Source: Bacillota bacterium (GTDB lineage Bacteria > Bacillota > Clostridia > Acetivibrionales > JAFADI01). Taken from it: a stretch of DNA of 64,000 nt. This document shows, piece after piece, positions 1 to 10,594 of this stretch; within the stretch, counting starts at the first letter, position 1, and the number at the start of each line of letters is the position of its first letter. The position numbers were made by a program, and so were the translations under genes. Location: the NCBI GenBank assembly GCA_023424965.1, contig JAFADI010000100.1, positions 5,349 through 69,348 of the forward strand, read 5' to 3'. Under the pieces are notes generated by a model, which did no database searches, was not told the DNA's origin, and saw only the letters and a program-made list of their open reading frames with translations.

Positions 1-4
1 CAGA

Positions 5-32
5 ATGTGTCAAAGAACCGTCCCCTGTCACA
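5..32. repeat. 28-nt repeat, copy 1 (ATGTGTCAAAGAACCGTCCCCTGTCACA); overlaps the cobQ stop codon
   Basis: The identical 28-mer reads at 5-32 and 15834-15861 in the same orientation. It contains imperfect inverted heptamers TGTGTCA/TGTCACA. Confidence 0.9.
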
Positions 33-1620
33 GCTGTTCCCTCTTCTTCAGCCCCGCAATTTCATATATCTTATCCATATCCAGGTTTGCCCTCAGCATA
101 TCTGCCAGCCTGTCATACTGCAGATCCTTATATGCCTTGAAGTCATGAACTCCGGCGTTTTCAAGCCCCGCCAGCCCCTTCCGCCTTCTGAGGTTATTGA
201 TGAACCCCCTTGTAAAGTCCAGATTATCGAAAATCCCATGGATATAAGTTCCGAATACGTTTCCTTCTTTGTTGGTGATGCCACCCACGGAGGTCTCCTC
301 TTTTTCCAGCACCCGGTCGATGACAAGAAAGGTCCGGCAGTCTTCCAGATATTCCGTTGTTCCCATATGGATTTCATAGCCTTCCATCCGGCTGCCTTTC
401 AAGCCCTCCAGCAAACCGCAGCCTTCCGTAACGGCTCCGCTCACCTGGGTCGTTGTCTTCCTTTGCCGGAACAGGGTTTTTGTGTTGAGAAGCCCCATTC
501 CACCGATCTTCAGCAAATCCGACTCCGTCCTGCAGGGATCTTCGATTTCCCGGCCCAGCATCTGATAGCCGCCGCAAATTCCAAAAATGACGGCACCTTT
601 CTCATGAAGCCTTTTTATTTCCTGCTCCATGCCGGAATTCCGAAGGAAAAGCATGTCCTCGATGGTATTCTTCGAACCGGGCAGCAGGATGACATCCGGA
701 CTGCCAAGCTCCGAAAGCCTGTCTACATAGCGGACCTCCACATCCTCCAGGTTTTCCAGTGCGTTGAAATCGGTAAAATTGGACATGCGGGGAGTTTTCA
801 CCACGGCGATGTCAATTCCCGCCTTTGTGGAACGGCCCGCCGCCGCAAATTTTTCCGCAAGGCTGTCCTCATCCTCGATGTTCAGCTTTGTATAGGGGAG
901 GACCCCAAGGACCGGGACTTTGATGATGTCCTCAAGCATTTTGAGGCCGGGTTTCAGTATTTCCACATCCCCCCGGAACTTATTGATGATGACGCCCTTC
1001 ACCCTTGCCTTTTCCTCCTCGGAAAGCAGCAGCATGGTGCCTGCAAGGGAGGCAAAAACTCCCCCTTTGTCAATATCGCCCACCAGAATGACAGGGCTGT
1101 CCGCAATCCCGGCCATCCCCATATTCACGATGTCCTTGTCCCGGAGGTTTATTTCCGCGGGACTTCCCGCCCCCTCCAGAACCACAATGTCATTCTTCGC
1201 CGCCAGGCCGTCATATACCTCCCTGACCATATCCGCCAGTCTGGGCTTGAAATCATGGTATTCCACCGCCGACATATTGCCGAACACCTGGCCCTGGAGG
1301 ATGACCTGGGCCTTTTTGTCGGTGGTGGGCTTTAAAAGGATGGGGTTCATCTCAATGGAAGGCTCCTTGCCCGCAGCCTCCGCCTGGACTACCTGGGCCC
1401 TTCCCATTTCCTTTCCCTCCCGGGTGATGAAGGAATTGAGCGCCATGTTCTGGGACTTGAAGGGAGCCACCTCATAGCCATCCTGCTTGAATATCCTGCA
1501 AAGTCCGGCGGTGATGACACTTTTTCCTACGGAGGAGGCTGTGCCCTGTACCATGATGCTTTTTGAGCGGAACCCGGGATTGTTTCCGCCTCCCTTCAAA
1601 GCCTGTGCTTCACCTGTCAT
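28..1620 (-). CDS. cobQ: cobyric acid synthase (CobQ/CbiP)
   Basis: 530-aa ORF. N-terminal P-loop-like GTASSVGKS and a C-terminal glutamine amidotransferase region (ICGGYQMLG...HGIF) are typical of CobQ. GGAGG lies 9 nt upstream of the ATG at 1620. Confidence 0.93.
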   Translation of the reverse strand: MTGEAQALKGGGNNPGFRSKSIMVQGTASSVGKSVITAGLCRIFKQDGYEVAPFKSQNMALNSFITREGKEMGRAQVVQAEAAGKEPSIEMNPILLKPTTDKKAQVILQGQVFGNMSAVEYHDFKPRLADMVREVYDGLAAKNDIVVLEGAGSPAEINLRDKDIVNMGMAGIADSPVILVGDIDKGGVFASLAGTMLLLSEEEKARVKGVIINKFRGDVEILKPGLKMLEDIIKVPVLGVLPYTKLNIEDEDSLAEKFAAAGRSTKAGIDIAVVKTPRMSNFTDFNALENLEDVEVRYVDRLSELGSPDVILLPGSKNTIEDMLFLRNSGMEQEIKRLHEKGAVIFGICGGYQMLGREIEDPCRTESDLLKIGGMGLLNTKTLFRQRKTTTQVSGAVTEGCGLLEGLKGSRMEGYEIHMGTTEYLEDCRTFLVIDRVLEKEETSVGGITNKEGNVFGTYIHGIFDNLDFTRGFINNLRRRKGLAGLENAGVHDFKAYKDLQYDRLADMLRANLDMDKIYEIAGLKKREQL

Positions 1621-1647
1621 AAACGTTGACCTCCATACCCCCGCGGC

Positions 1648-2010
1648 TCATGCGATGGAGTTTATCCTGTCGACGATAATCTCCGCCAGCTTGTCGTCGT
1701 CTCCGATGTGGCTGCTCATCCGGATTTCCACTTCCGGATATTTGGCCTTGATTCCCTCCAGTTCTTCGGGGATGTCATAGGTGACATGCATGCCGTCGAA
1801 AATAAACATGGGCACGATACAGACCGTTCTCGCACCCTCCTGTACCAGTTGATCGACGCCTTTTTCAAGGCTCATGTCGGAAAACTGGAGGAATGCCGGG
1901 GCAATAAGCTCCGCTCCTGTCTTTTTTCTGACCTTTTCCACCAGTGAACTGAGGATTTCTTCCGTCTCCTGTCTTTTGCTTCCGTGTGCCAAGATTAAAA
2001 TTCCGTTCAT
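1648..2010 (-). CDS. cbiX: small sirohydrochlorin cobaltochelatase (CbiX-S type)
   Basis: About 120 aa. MNGILILAHGS...IVPMFIFDGMH matches the single-domain CbiX fold. The ORF extends to 2028, but the ATG at 2010 has a better SD (GGAGAG). Confidence 0.8.
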   Translation of the reverse strand: MNGILILAHGSKRQETEEILSSLVEKVRKKTGAELIAPAFLQFSDMSLEKGVDQLVQEGARTVCIVPMFIFDGMHVTYDIPEELEGIKAKYPEVEIRMSSHIGDDDKLAEIIVDRINSIA

Positions 2011-2031
2011 CGTATCTCTCCGTTTCATATT

Positions 2032-3321
2032 TTATCCTAATGCGGCAAATGCCTTTTCCATAACCTCAATGGTTCTTTCAATGTCCCCGTCGGTATGTGC
2101 CGCCGACAGGAACAGGGCTTCGAACTGGGAAGGAGCGATGTACACGCCACCCTCCAGCATCCCGGCAAAATATTTTGCAAATCTCCGGGTATCCGCCTTG
2201 ACGGCGGTTTTGTAGTTTATTACATCCTCTCCGGTAAAAAAGGCGCTTAAAACCGAGCCGGCCCTGTTCACCTTCAAAGGAATGCCGTATCTGCCGGAAC
2301 AGTTCAAAAATGCGTTTTCCAGGCTTTGGGCCTTCCTGCCCGCCGCTTCATAGATGGAGGGATTATCCCGCAGGATTTGCAGTGTTTTTATCCCGGCAGC
2401 CATGGCAACAGGATTTCCCGACAGGGTTCCCGCCTGGTAAACGGGGCCGCAGGGAGAAATCATCTCCATGATATCTTTCCGCCCTCCATAAGCGCCCACC
2501 GGCATTCCCCCTCCAATGATTTTTCCGAAGGTGGTAAGGTCGGGAATTATTCCGTAATAACCCTGGGCCCCGCCATAAGCCAGGCGGAAACCGGTAATCA
2601 CCTCGTCGAAGATCAGCAGGGCCCCGCATTGCTCCGTCAGGCCCCGGAGAAGCCTCAGAAACTCAATATCCGGGAGCACCACTCCCATATTCCCCGCCAC
2701 AGGTTCCACAACAACCGCGGCCAGTTCCTTTCCCACCGTTTCAAACAGGGCTTTTAACTCCCCGCAGTCGTTGTAGGAAGCCGTCAGTGTATTCCGGGCA
2801 TAATCTGCCGGCACACCGGCACTGTCCGGAACCCCGGCCGTAAGGGCACCGGACCCGGCCTTTACCAGCAGCCCGTCCGAGTGTCCGTGATAGCAGCCCT
2901 CAAATTTCAGTACCTTATCCCTTCCCGTGTAACCCCTGGCAAGGCGGATTGCGCTCATGACGGCTTCCGTCCCGGAGCTCACCATCCGGACCATTTCCAC
3001 CGACGGGACCGCCCGGCAAATCAACTCCGCCAGCTCCACTTCCTTTTCCGTGGGAGCCCCAAAGCTTGTCCCTTCCCCGGCGGTCCTTTTTATCTCCTCG
3101 ATGACCTCCGGATGCGCGTGTCCGAGGATCATGGGCCCCCAGGAGCCCACATAGTCGATGTATTCGTTGCCGTCTTCGTCAAACACTTTTGAACCGGCGG
3201 CCCTCTTTATAAAGGGAGGCCTCAGTCCCACGGCCTTGAAGGCCCTCACGGGACTGTTCACACCGCCCGGGATGATCCGGTTTGCCTTTTCAAACAACTC
3301 TTCCGACCTTTTTCTTTCCAT
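2032..3321 (-). CDS. hemL: glutamate-1-semialdehyde 2,1-aminomutase
   Basis: 429 aa. [10 protein letters not shown], the DEVITGFR motif and the GKIIGGGMP lysine region are canonical HemL. Confidence 0.95.
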   Translation of the reverse strand: MERKRSEELFEKANRIIPGGVNSPVRAFKAVGLRPPFIKRAAGSKVFDEDGNEYIDYVGSWGPMILGHAHPEVIEEIKRTAGEGTSFGAPTEKEVELAELICRAVPSVEMVRMVSSGTEAVMSAIRLARGYTGRDKVLKFEGCYHGHSDGLLVKAGSGALTAGVPDSAGVPADYARNTLTASYNDCGELKALFETVGKELAAVVVEPVAGNMGVVLPDIEFLRLLRGLTEQCGALLIFDEVITGFRLAYGGAQGYYGIIPDLTTFGKIIGGGMPVGAYGGRKDIMEMISPCGPVYQAGTLSGNPVAMAAGIKTLQILRDNPSIYEAAGRKAQSLENAFLNCSGRYGIPLKVNRAGSVLSAFFTGEDVINYKTAVKADTRRFAKYFAGMLEGGVYIAPSQFEALFLSAAHTDGDIERTIEVMEKAFAALG

Positions 3322-3324
3322 ATT

Positions 3325-4308
3325 CTATCCCTCTTTTCGCCTTTCCAGCCACAGGGCGGCCTGCTTTGCAAAATAGGTGATGATAATCTTTGCTCCCGCC
3401 CGTTTGATGGCCGTAAGAGACTCCAGCACGGCGCCTTTTTCATCAATCCAGCCATTTAACGCGGCGGCCTTGATCATGGAATATTCACCGCTCACATTGT
3501 AGGCCGCCACAGGCACGTCAAAGCGCCGGTGTACTTCGCTGACCACATCCAGGTATGCCAGGGCCGGCTTCACAATCACCATGTCGGCCCCCTCTTCAAT
3601 ATCCAGTTCCACCTCCCGCATGGCCTCCCGGAGGTTGGAATAGTCCATCTGGTAGCTCTTCCGGTCTCCAAAGGCGGGCTTTGAATTTGCCGCCTCCCGG
3701 AAGGGTCCGTAAAAGGAGGAGGAGTATTTGGCACTGTAGGCCATGATTGCTTTATCCTCAAAGCCCTCACCGTCCAGAAGCCTCCGGATGGCTCCCACCC
3801 TTCCGTCCATCATGTCCGAGGGAGCAAGAATATCCGCTCCCGCTTCCGCATAGCTCAAGGCGGATTTTGCGATCAGTTCCACCGACCGGTCGTTGGCAAT
3901 TTTCCCCGCCTCAATGATGCCGCAATGCCCGTGGCTGGTATACTCGCACAGGCAGACGTCGGCGATGAGCAAAAGCCCGGGAAACTCCTTTTTGGCAGCT
4001 CTCAGTGCCTTTTGTACGACGCCGTTTTCGTCATAAGCCCCGGAACCTGCCTCATCCTTGGCATCGGGGATTCCAAAAAGCAAAACGCCGGGGATGCCCA
4101 GTTTTTGAACCTCCTCCAGTTCCCTCAGGAGGTTGTCCAGGGATAAGTGAAAGACACCCGGCATGGAAGGAATTTCCCGTTTGACTCCCCTGCCTTCCAC
4201 CACAAAAAGGGGATAGATGAAGTCCTCCGCCTGAAGGCCCGTTTCCCTCGTTAATTTTCTCATTCCTTCGCTTGTTCGCAGTCTTCTGGGTCTTTTAATC
4301 AGTTCCAT
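3325..4308 (-). CDS. hemB: porphobilinogen synthase (delta-aminolevulinate dehydratase)
   Basis: 327 aa. RPRRLR N-terminus, the DVCLCEYTSHGHCG Zn site and the VKPAL active-site lysine region. Confidence 0.95.
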   Translation of the reverse strand: MELIKRPRRLRTSEGMRKLTRETGLQAEDFIYPLFVVEGRGVKREIPSMPGVFHLSLDNLLRELEEVQKLGIPGVLLFGIPDAKDEAGSGAYDENGVVQKALRAAKKEFPGLLLIADVCLCEYTSHGHCGIIEAGKIANDRSVELIAKSALSYAEAGADILAPSDMMDGRVGAIRRLLDGEGFEDKAIMAYSAKYSSSFYGPFREAANSKPAFGDRKSYQMDYSNLREAMREVELDIEEGADMVIVKPALAYLDVVSEVHRRFDVPVAAYNVSGEYSMIKAAALNGWIDEKGAVLESLTAIKRAGAKIIITYFAKQAALWLERRKEG

Positions 4309-5833
4309 CTTTCCCTCCGTCTTCCAGCTCCATCAGCTTGTTCACCAGCCCCTCGATGGTATAAACGCCGGCCATGACGGCTCCACTCATGCCCTCTTGT
4401 CTGGCCGTCTCCAGCGTAACCGGACCGATGCATGCAATCCTTGCCCCCGAAAGCTCCCCCAGGTTTTCCCTGCCTATAATGGCAGAGAAATTTTTTACGG
4501 CTGAGGAACTGGTAAAGGTGATATAATCAATCTCCTTTTTCTCCAGTAAATCCAGTATTTCGTCCCTGTCCGGGTCCTCCCGCAGGGTCCTGTAGGCCAC
4601 AATTTCCCGGGCAGGCACCTTGGCGGCTTTCAAACCCTCCAGCAAGGTTTCGCCTCCAATTTCCCCCCGCACAACCAGAAGCTGTTCCCCCGGCAGGACT
4701 GTTTTCACCAGGCCCTCCAGCAGCACCCCCGAAGTATAGCTTGGAGGCATGTATTCCACCAGCAGCCCCAGCTTGTTCAATTCCTCCGCGGTGGCTTCCC
4801 CCACGGCACATAGTTTTATCCCCTGCAGGCTGCGGATATCCATCCTGTTTTCCCGCATCCTTTTGAAGAAAAAGGCAACACCGTTTACACTGGTGAAAAC
4901 CAGCCACCGGTATTCCTTCAACTCCTTTAAAGCCCTGTCCACCACAGTGTAATCCTGGGGCTCCAAAATTTTTATGGTGGGAAATTCAATGACCTCCCCA
5001 CCTTCCTCTTCAATCCTCCGGGCCAGCTTGCTTGCCTGTTCCCTTGACCTGGTCACAAGAACCCTTTTTCCTGCCAGTCCGCCCCGGGGAAACCAGCCAA
5101 GCTTTTCCCCAAGGCCTGCCACTCCTCCGATCACCGTAACGGCAGGGGACCGTATTCCTTCCCGTAAAGCAATTTCCGCAATCGTTCCAAGGGTTCCCGA
5201 AACCGTCCTCTGGGAGGGAGCAGTGCCTCTTTCGATCACGGCGGCGGGAGTTGTGGGGTCTTTCCCCGACTCCATAAGCCTGCTGCATATCTCCGGAAGC
5301 TTTTTCAGTCCCATGAGAAAAACCAGGGTCCCTTCCAGTTTGGCTACCGTTTCATAATCAATGAAGCTGCTTTCCCTTCCCGGCCTTTCATGCCCTGTGA
5401 TGATGTGGAGGGAGGAACAGTAATCCCTGTGGGTAACCGGTATTCCCGCATAAGCAGGGGCGGCAATTGCGGAAGTAATTCCCGGAATGATCTCAAAGGG
5501 AATCCCCCGCTCCTGCAGGGCTTCCGCTTCTTCTCCCCCTCTTCCGAAGAGGAATGGGTCTCCGCCCTTGACACGGGCTACGGTTCTGCCTTCCAGCGCC
5601 TTGTTCACAAGAATTTCATTGATTTTTTCCTGGGGTACCGCATGATGGTGGGGTTCCTTTCCCACGTACAAAAGTTCGGCGGTCTTTTTTGCCAGGTTCA
5701 GTATTCTGGCATTCACCAGCCTGTCATAGACCACCACATCCGCCTTACCGATGCACTCTGCCGCTTTGAGCGTCAAAAGCTTGTAGTCCCCCGGTCCCGC
5801 GCCGATAATATAAACCATGCCAGCTCCAGCCAT
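4295..5833 (-). CDS. cobA: fused uroporphyrinogen-III C-methyltransferase / uroporphyrinogen-III synthase
   Basis: N-terminal SUMT motif [10 protein letters not shown]...[13 protein letters not shown], and a C-terminal HemD-like half. Start ATG at 5833 overlaps the hemC TGA; the ORF track extends to GTG 5836. Confidence 0.92.
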   Translation of the reverse strand: MAGAGMVYIIGAGPGDYKLLTLKAAECIGKADVVVYDRLVNARILNLAKKTAELLYVGKEPHHHAVPQEKINEILVNKALEGRTVARVKGGDPFLFGRGGEEAEALQERGIPFEIIPGITSAIAAPAYAGIPVTHRDYCSSLHIITGHERPGRESSFIDYETVAKLEGTLVFLMGLKKLPEICSRLMESGKDPTTPAAVIERGTAPSQRTVSGTLGTIAEIALREGIRSPAVTVIGGVAGLGEKLGWFPRGGLAGKRVLVTRSREQASKLARRIEEEGGEVIEFPTIKILEPQDYTVVDRALKELKEYRWLVFTSVNGVAFFFKRMRENRMDIRSLQGIKLCAVGEATAEELNKLGLLVEYMPPSYTSGVLLEGLVKTVLPGEQLLVVRGEIGGETLLEGLKAAKVPAREIVAYRTLREDPDRDEILDLLEKKEIDYITFTSSSAVKNFSAIIGRENLGELSGARIACIGPVTLETARQEGMSGAVMAGVYTIEGLVNKLMELEDGGKDGTD

Positions 5834-6729
5834 CACTCACCCCTGCCTTCCGTTATCAGTGCAGCCAGCTTTTCACCCAATGCCGCCGCATCATACTTGT
5901 TTCCCTCCACGGTCGCCCTCCACACCCTGGATTTATCCTCGGGAGCAAATATTCCGCAGATCTTCATGCGATCTTTTTCAATCACTGCATGGGCGGCCAC
6001 AGGCGTACTGCATCCCCCGTTGAGCTTTATCATGTAAGCCCGTTCCCCCTTCACCGCCAGCGCCGACTCCTCATGGTGCACACTCTCCAGGAGGTACCCG
6101 ATGTCTTCATCCCTTCTTGTCTCTATTCCAAGGGCTCCCTGGCCTACCGCAGGAATGATCTCCTCAACGGAAAATACCTGACGGCACTTATCCTCAATGC
6201 CAAGCCTTTTTAACCCTGCCACCGCCAGTACGATGGCGTCAAATTCATTCCCCGCCAGTTTATCGAGCCTGGTGAGCACGTTTCCTCTCAAGGTCTTGAA
6301 GTTCAGCCCCGGCTTCATCTGTAGAAGCTGGATTTCCCTCCGTAGGCTGCTTGTTCCTATGACAGCGCCCGGCTCAAGCTGTTCCAGCCTCTCATGCTTT
6401 ATTGAAATCAGGGCGTCCCTGGGATCTTCCCTTCTGGATATGGCCGCAATTGTCAGTTCTTCAGGCAGCTGAGCGGGCAGGTCCTTCATGCTGTGGACGG
6501 CAATGTCGATGGATTTATTGATTAATGCATTCTCCAGTTCTTTGATGAACAGGCCTTTGCCGCCAATCTTGTCCAGCCTCACGTCCAGCAGCATGTCTCC
6601 GCTGGTCCGTATCCCCACCAATTCAAATTCATACCGGGGAAACTTCTTTTTAATTTCGTTGATCACCCATTTGCTCTGGGCCATGGCCAGGGCACTTTCC
6701 CTGGTACCCACTCTGATTACCCTCTTCAT
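5833..6729 (-). CDS. hemC: hydroxymethylbilane synthase (porphobilinogen deaminase)
   Basis: 298 aa. IRVGTRESALAM...GNVLTRL and the dipyrromethane cysteine region (GGCSTPVAAH). Confidence 0.95.
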   Translation of the reverse strand: MKRVIRVGTRESALAMAQSKWVINEIKKKFPRYEFELVGIRTSGDMLLDVRLDKIGGKGLFIKELENALINKSIDIAVHSMKDLPAQLPEELTIAAISRREDPRDALISIKHERLEQLEPGAVIGTSSLRREIQLLQMKPGLNFKTLRGNVLTRLDKLAGNEFDAIVLAVAGLKRLGIEDKCRQVFSVEEIIPAVGQGALGIETRRDEDIGYLLESVHHEESALAVKGERAYMIKLNGGCSTPVAAHAVIEKDRMKICGIFAPEDKSRVWRATVEGNKYDAAALGEKLAALITEGRGE

Positions 6730-7511
6730 TTCTTACGCTCCAATCCCCTCTGCTGCCTGACAAAAGCCAGAACCTCCTCAATACTTTCCACCTTATTGGT
6801 ATATGCCACTTCCGGCCGTTCTACCAAAATGACCCTGACACCGAGCCTCTCGGCTGCTTCCAGCTTCTCAGGCATGCCGCCTTCCCGTCCGCTTTCCTTT
6901 GTAACCAAAATGGAAGCGCCGCAGTATTTCAGCAGCTCCACATTCATTTCCACCGAAAAGGGACCTTTCATGGCGATCAGGTTCCGGGCCGTCAGTCCTG
7001 CCGCTTCGCACCGGGCCATCATTTTGCTGTCAGGCAGTATTCTGGCAAAAAGCCTTTCTTTATAGTCTTTGACGGCTTCCGTGAAAAGCTTTATCTGATT
7101 GCTCCCAACCGTCAGAAGAATATTGCCCTCAAGCCTGCCGGCAGCTTCCGCCGCCTCTTCAAAGCTTTTGACCTTCAGAACGGTGCCCCACTCTCCCTCT
7201 ACGCTCCGCCTTTCATACCGCAGATAAGGTATAGCCCTGGCGGAGCATGCGGCAAGGGCATTTTCCGAGGCCTCCCTGGCAAAGGGGTGGGAAGCGTCCA
7301 CAAGGCACCGGATATCTCTTTCGCCGATAAAGCTCTCCATCCCCGGTCCATCAAGCTTTCCCCTGTATACTTCAAGACCCGCATACCCTTTCAGCAGTTC
7401 CCTGCCATAGTCCGTCGTCACCGTAGCCACCACACCGCTGTATTCTTTTACAAGCTCCCCGATGATGGCTCTGGCATCAACGGTTCCTGCGATCACCATG
7501 ATCCCCGGCAT
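6726..7511 (-). CDS. cbiJ: cobalt-precorrin-6A reductase
   Basis: 261 aa, CobK/CbiJ-like (DASHPFA, LVTKESG). Its stop overlaps the hemC start by 4 nt. Confidence 0.88.
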   Translation of the reverse strand: MPGIMVIAGTVDARAIIGELVKEYSGVVATVTTDYGRELLKGYAGLEVYRGKLDGPGMESFIGERDIRCLVDASHPFAREASENALAACSARAIPYLRYERRSVEGEWGTVLKVKSFEEAAEAAGRLEGNILLTVGSNQIKLFTEAVKDYKERLFARILPDSKMMARCEAAGLTARNLIAMKGPFSVEMNVELLKYCGASILVTKESGREGGMPEKLEAAERLGVRVILVERPEVAYTNKVESIEEVLAFVRQQRGLERKK

Positions 7512-7528
7512 ATCTCCAATACCTCGTT

Positions 7529-8272
7529 CTATTTTTTCCCCATCCCCCTGTAGCCTCTCGGCGTAATAAGCCTTCCGTTTTCCACATAGCTCTGTGAGTT
7601 TCCGATGATTACCAGGGTAAACATATCGATTTCAAACTCCGGCATATTTTTGAGGGTCGTAATATCACAGGCTTCATTTTCCCTGCCGGCATTTCTTACA
7701 ATCCCCACCGGCGTCTCCGGCCCCCGGTGTTTCAAAAGCAAATCCCTGGCGGTGTCGATGTACCCGGTGCGGCTTTTACTCTTCGGGTTGTACAGGCACA
7801 GGACGAAATCCCCCTGTGCCGCCAGTTCGACCCTTTTGAAAATCAGCTCCAGGGGTGTCAAAAGGTCACTGAGGCTGATCACCGCAAAATCGTGCATGAG
7901 GGGCGCTCCAAGGACCGCAGCCGCAGCACTGGCAGCCGTGATTCCGGGAATGACCTCAACGTCCACCTTTTGCCCGCTCCTGTTGACGACCTCCAGCATG
8001 ATCCCCGCCATGCCGTATATCCCGCTGTCCCCGCTGCTGACCAGCGCTACGTTTTTTCCCTCCAGCGCCTTTTTGAGGACCATCTCACAGCGCTCAACCT
8101 CTCTTGTCATTCCCGAGCTGACAAAGGTTTTTCCGGGAAAATGCTTCTCTATCAATTCAATATAGGTGCTGTATCCCACAATTTCATCGGCCCCGCCGAT
8201 GGCCTCTTTGGCCCTTGGCGTCATGTCCGCCATGCTGCCGGGGCCCATCCCCACCACATAGATCCTGCCCAT
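7529..8272 (-). CDS. cbiH: cobalt-factor III / precorrin-3B C17-methyltransferase
   Basis: 247 aa. Tetrapyrrole methylase motifs VVGMGPG and SSGDSGIYGMAG. Confidence 0.92.
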   Translation of the reverse strand: MGRIYVVGMGPGSMADMTPRAKEAIGGADEIVGYSTYIELIEKHFPGKTFVSSGMTREVERCEMVLKKALEGKNVALVSSGDSGIYGMAGIMLEVVNRSGQKVDVEVIPGITAASAAAAVLGAPLMHDFAVISLSDLLTPLELIFKRVELAAQGDFVLCLYNPKSKSRTGYIDTARDLLLKHRGPETPVGIVRNAGRENEACDITTLKNMPEFEIDMFTLVIIGNSQSYVENGRLITPRGYRGMGKK

Positions 8273-8276
8273 TGTG

Positions 8277-9539
8277 TCAATTCTCCTTCATTACATCACC
8301 CAGACATTTGAAGTAGGCCCGGATATCGTCTTTGCTGCCGTGCTTCCTTATGCTGTACACCAATTTATCCATAATTTCATTCACCGTATTCTTCATCGCT
8401 GCCGTGATAAGCTCCCGGTCCTCCTCGCTGGCGCTTTTCAGCCTGGCAAGAGTACCGGCAATCCGCTCATTCACCACGTCCTCGGTAAAATTCTGCACCT
8501 CTTTCACCACAGGGAGCGCACTTCTGAATTCATACCACTTTTCATATTCTTCAACAAATTCTTTTATGATTTCTCCGGCTTTCGCCGCCTCGGAGGTTTT
8601 TACCTCCAGGTTTTCCTGCATAACCGCCTTGAGGCCGTCAATATTGAAATAACGGACGCCGGGAAGCTCCGTTACCGACCTGTCGATGTCCATGGGGACC
8701 GCCAGATCCACGAAAACCCTCTCTTTTTCCGTTCCGGCGGATTTCTCCAGCATGTCCCTGGTAATGGTATAGTGGGGGCTTGCGGTGGAGCTGATAATCA
8801 TATCGCAGGCATCAATCACCGAGTACCTGTCCCCATATTCGATGGGCAGCACGGATTTATAAATTTTTGACAGGTCCTCCGCTTTGCCGTGGGACCTGTT
8901 TGTGACATAAATTTTGCCCACACCCCTGGAGCAGAGGTTTTTTAAAGCGATGGCCCCCATCTTTCCAGCGCCGATGACAAGGGCGCATTTGTCCTCCAGT
9001 TTCCCTTCAAAAACCTCCACCAGGAGCTTTACTGCAAGAGAGCCGATGGAAACGGATTTTTTCGACAGTTCCGTATTGGTTTTAATTTTTTTTGCCGCCG
9101 TGACGGCATCACGGAAGAGCACATTGAGCACGTTGGAGCTGGCGCCCGCTTCAAGGGAAAGGTCATAGGCGCTTTTTACCTGCCCCAGAATCTGGTCCTC
9201 CCCCAGCACCATGGAGTCCAGGCCGCAGGCCACGTTGAAAAGGTGCTTTACGGCTTTTGCACCGCAGTAGGTGTAAAAATATTTTTTATAGGCATAGGGG
9301 TCGAGGCCCTTAATGCCGCAAAGAACTCTTTCAACCGTTGAAACGTCAAAATTCCCGGACTCGGAGTAAATGTAGACTTCCGTCCGGTTGCAGGTGGACA
9401 CCAGTACGCATTCGGAAACCAGGGGCAGCCTGCTTATGCTGTCAAGGGCCAGCCTCTGTCCGTCAGTATCAAAGCTTAGTCCTTCCCGGATTTCAATGGG
9501 GGTTGATCTATAATTTATTCCTGAGACATAAATGTTCAT
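8277..9539 (-). CDS. hemA: glutamyl-tRNA reductase
   Basis: MNIYVSGINYRSTPIEIRE...STCNRTE is the canonical HemA N-terminus. The ATG at 9539 overlaps the cbiG TGA (ATGA). The 34-codon upstream extension in the ORF track lies inside cbiG. Confidence 0.93.
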   Translation of the reverse strand: MNIYVSGINYRSTPIEIREGLSFDTDGQRLALDSISRLPLVSECVLVSTCNRTEVYIYSESGNFDVSTVERVLCGIKGLDPYAYKKYFYTYCGAKAVKHLFNVACGLDSMVLGEDQILGQVKSAYDLSLEAGASSNVLNVLFRDAVTAAKKIKTNTELSKKSVSIGSLAVKLLVEVFEGKLEDKCALVIGAGKMGAIALKNLCSRGVGKIYVTNRSHGKAEDLSKIYKSVLPIEYGDRYSVIDACDMIISSTASPHYTITRDMLEKSAGTEKERVFVDLAVPMDIDRSVTELPGVRYFNIDGLKAVMQENLEVKTSEAAKAGEIIKEFVEEYEKWYEFRSALPVVKEVQNFTEDVVNERIAGTLARLKSASEEDRELITAAMKNTVNEIMDKLVYSIRKHGSKDDIRAYFKCLGDVMKEN

Positions 9540-10594
9540 AAGCTGTACTCCCTGTCCTCTTCGGCCATGGCCAGAGTAATCCCCCGGTACGCCTTCTTCC
9601 TGCATACCAGCCTGCCCCCGGTGGAAGCAAGCACGGCGCATGGCTCCGCCACGCTGGCCACTCCCACCTGCTGTTTGACAAAGTCGGAGCAGGTGAACTC
9701 CTTCTCAATGCCGACAATGGCTTCACGCCCTATGATTTTCAATTCCATGCCCGTTTCCCGGCAAAACTCCGCCAGCCCCGGTTCATCCTTTTTCAAATCG
9801 ATGGTGGCAAGGCATTTGACTGAAAGAAAACTCCGGTTGCTGCTCCGCATAAATTCCTCAATGAACTCCCTGATCTGTCTGCTGCCGGTACCCTTCCTGC
9901 AGCCGATACCCAGGATAAGATTTCTGGGCCTTAAAACCAGTATGTTGCTGCTCCGGGTATTTATATCCGTCCTGTTGGTCAGCATCACCGCATATCTTCC
10001 GTCGTAAGCTTCCACATCCCCCCGGGCTGCCAGCACCTTCAAATTCTCCGGAAGGCTGCCTTTTACGGGATAGTCACTGTAAAAGCCCACCTTGCCTCCG
10101 TTGACCAGTTCGGAGCTGATGTGCTTCAAAGCCTCCCTGTTTTCCACGGCAAGGCCGTTTTCTGCGGCAAAGGCGTCAAAGGCAACGACCTGATTCACAT
10201 CGGTAGCGGTGGTTATGACGGCGGTCCCTCCGGATATTTCCGCGACCTTCCGGGCCAGCCGGTTGGCTCCTCCCTCATGGCCGGACAGCAGACTGATGGC
10301 ATGCCGGCCCTTCTCATCCAGCACCACCACCGCCGGGTCGGTGAGTTTGGACTTTATATGGGGTGCAATGGTCCTTACAACGATTCCGCAGGCCATGACA
10401 AAAACCAGGGCGTCATAAGCGCCAAAAAGCTTCTCCACCAGAGAGGAAAGACTTCCCGTGATGGCTTGTACGCCCTCCTCTTCAGCCTCTTTCATAAAAG
10501 CTTCGTTTATATAGATGTGGGCCGGAAGTGCTTTCCCGATTTTTCCGGCCAGCCGGCTTCCGTTTTTTGTAAGGCCGATGACTGCGGTTTTCAT
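9536..10594 (-). CDS. cbiG: cobalt-precorrin-5A hydrolase
   Basis: 352 aa with CbiG N-, middle and C-domain-like sequence (LGIGCRKG, GVASVAEPCA). Confidence 0.88.
   Translation of the reverse strand: MKTAVIGLTKNGSRLAGKIGKALPAHIYINEAFMKEAEEEGVQAITGSLSSLVEKLFGAYDALVFVMACGIVVRTIAPHIKSKLTDPAVVVLDEKGRHAISLLSGHEGGANRLARKVAEISGGTAVITTATDVNQVVAFDAFAAENGLAVENREALKHISSELVNGGKVGFYSDYPVKGSLPENLKVLAARGDVEAYDGRYAVMLTNRTDINTRSSNILVLRPRNLILGIGCRKGTGSRQIREFIEEFMRSSNRSFLSVKCLATIDLKKDEPGLAEFCRETGMELKIIGREAIVGIEKEFTCSDFVKQQVGVASVAEPCAVLASTGGRLVCRKKAYRGITLAMAEEDREYSL

Noticed and set aside
601-620. TGAAGCCTTTTT, matching the core of the 193-bp element arm
   Set aside because: Only about 11 nt match, it is inside cobQ coding sequence, there is no partner arm, and it is consistent with chance.
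7-1335. 442-aa plus-strand ORF
   Set aside because: It lies entirely antisense to the well-supported cobQ gene. The sequence is low-complexity and Pro/Arg/His-rich with no recognisable motifs, which is typical of a mirror-frame artefact.
9540-9641. 34-codon N-terminal extension of hemA in the ORF track
   Set aside because: The canonical HemA N-terminus (MNIYVSGINYRSTP) begins at the ATG at 9539, which overlaps the cbiG stop as ATGA. The extension lies within cbiG coding sequence.
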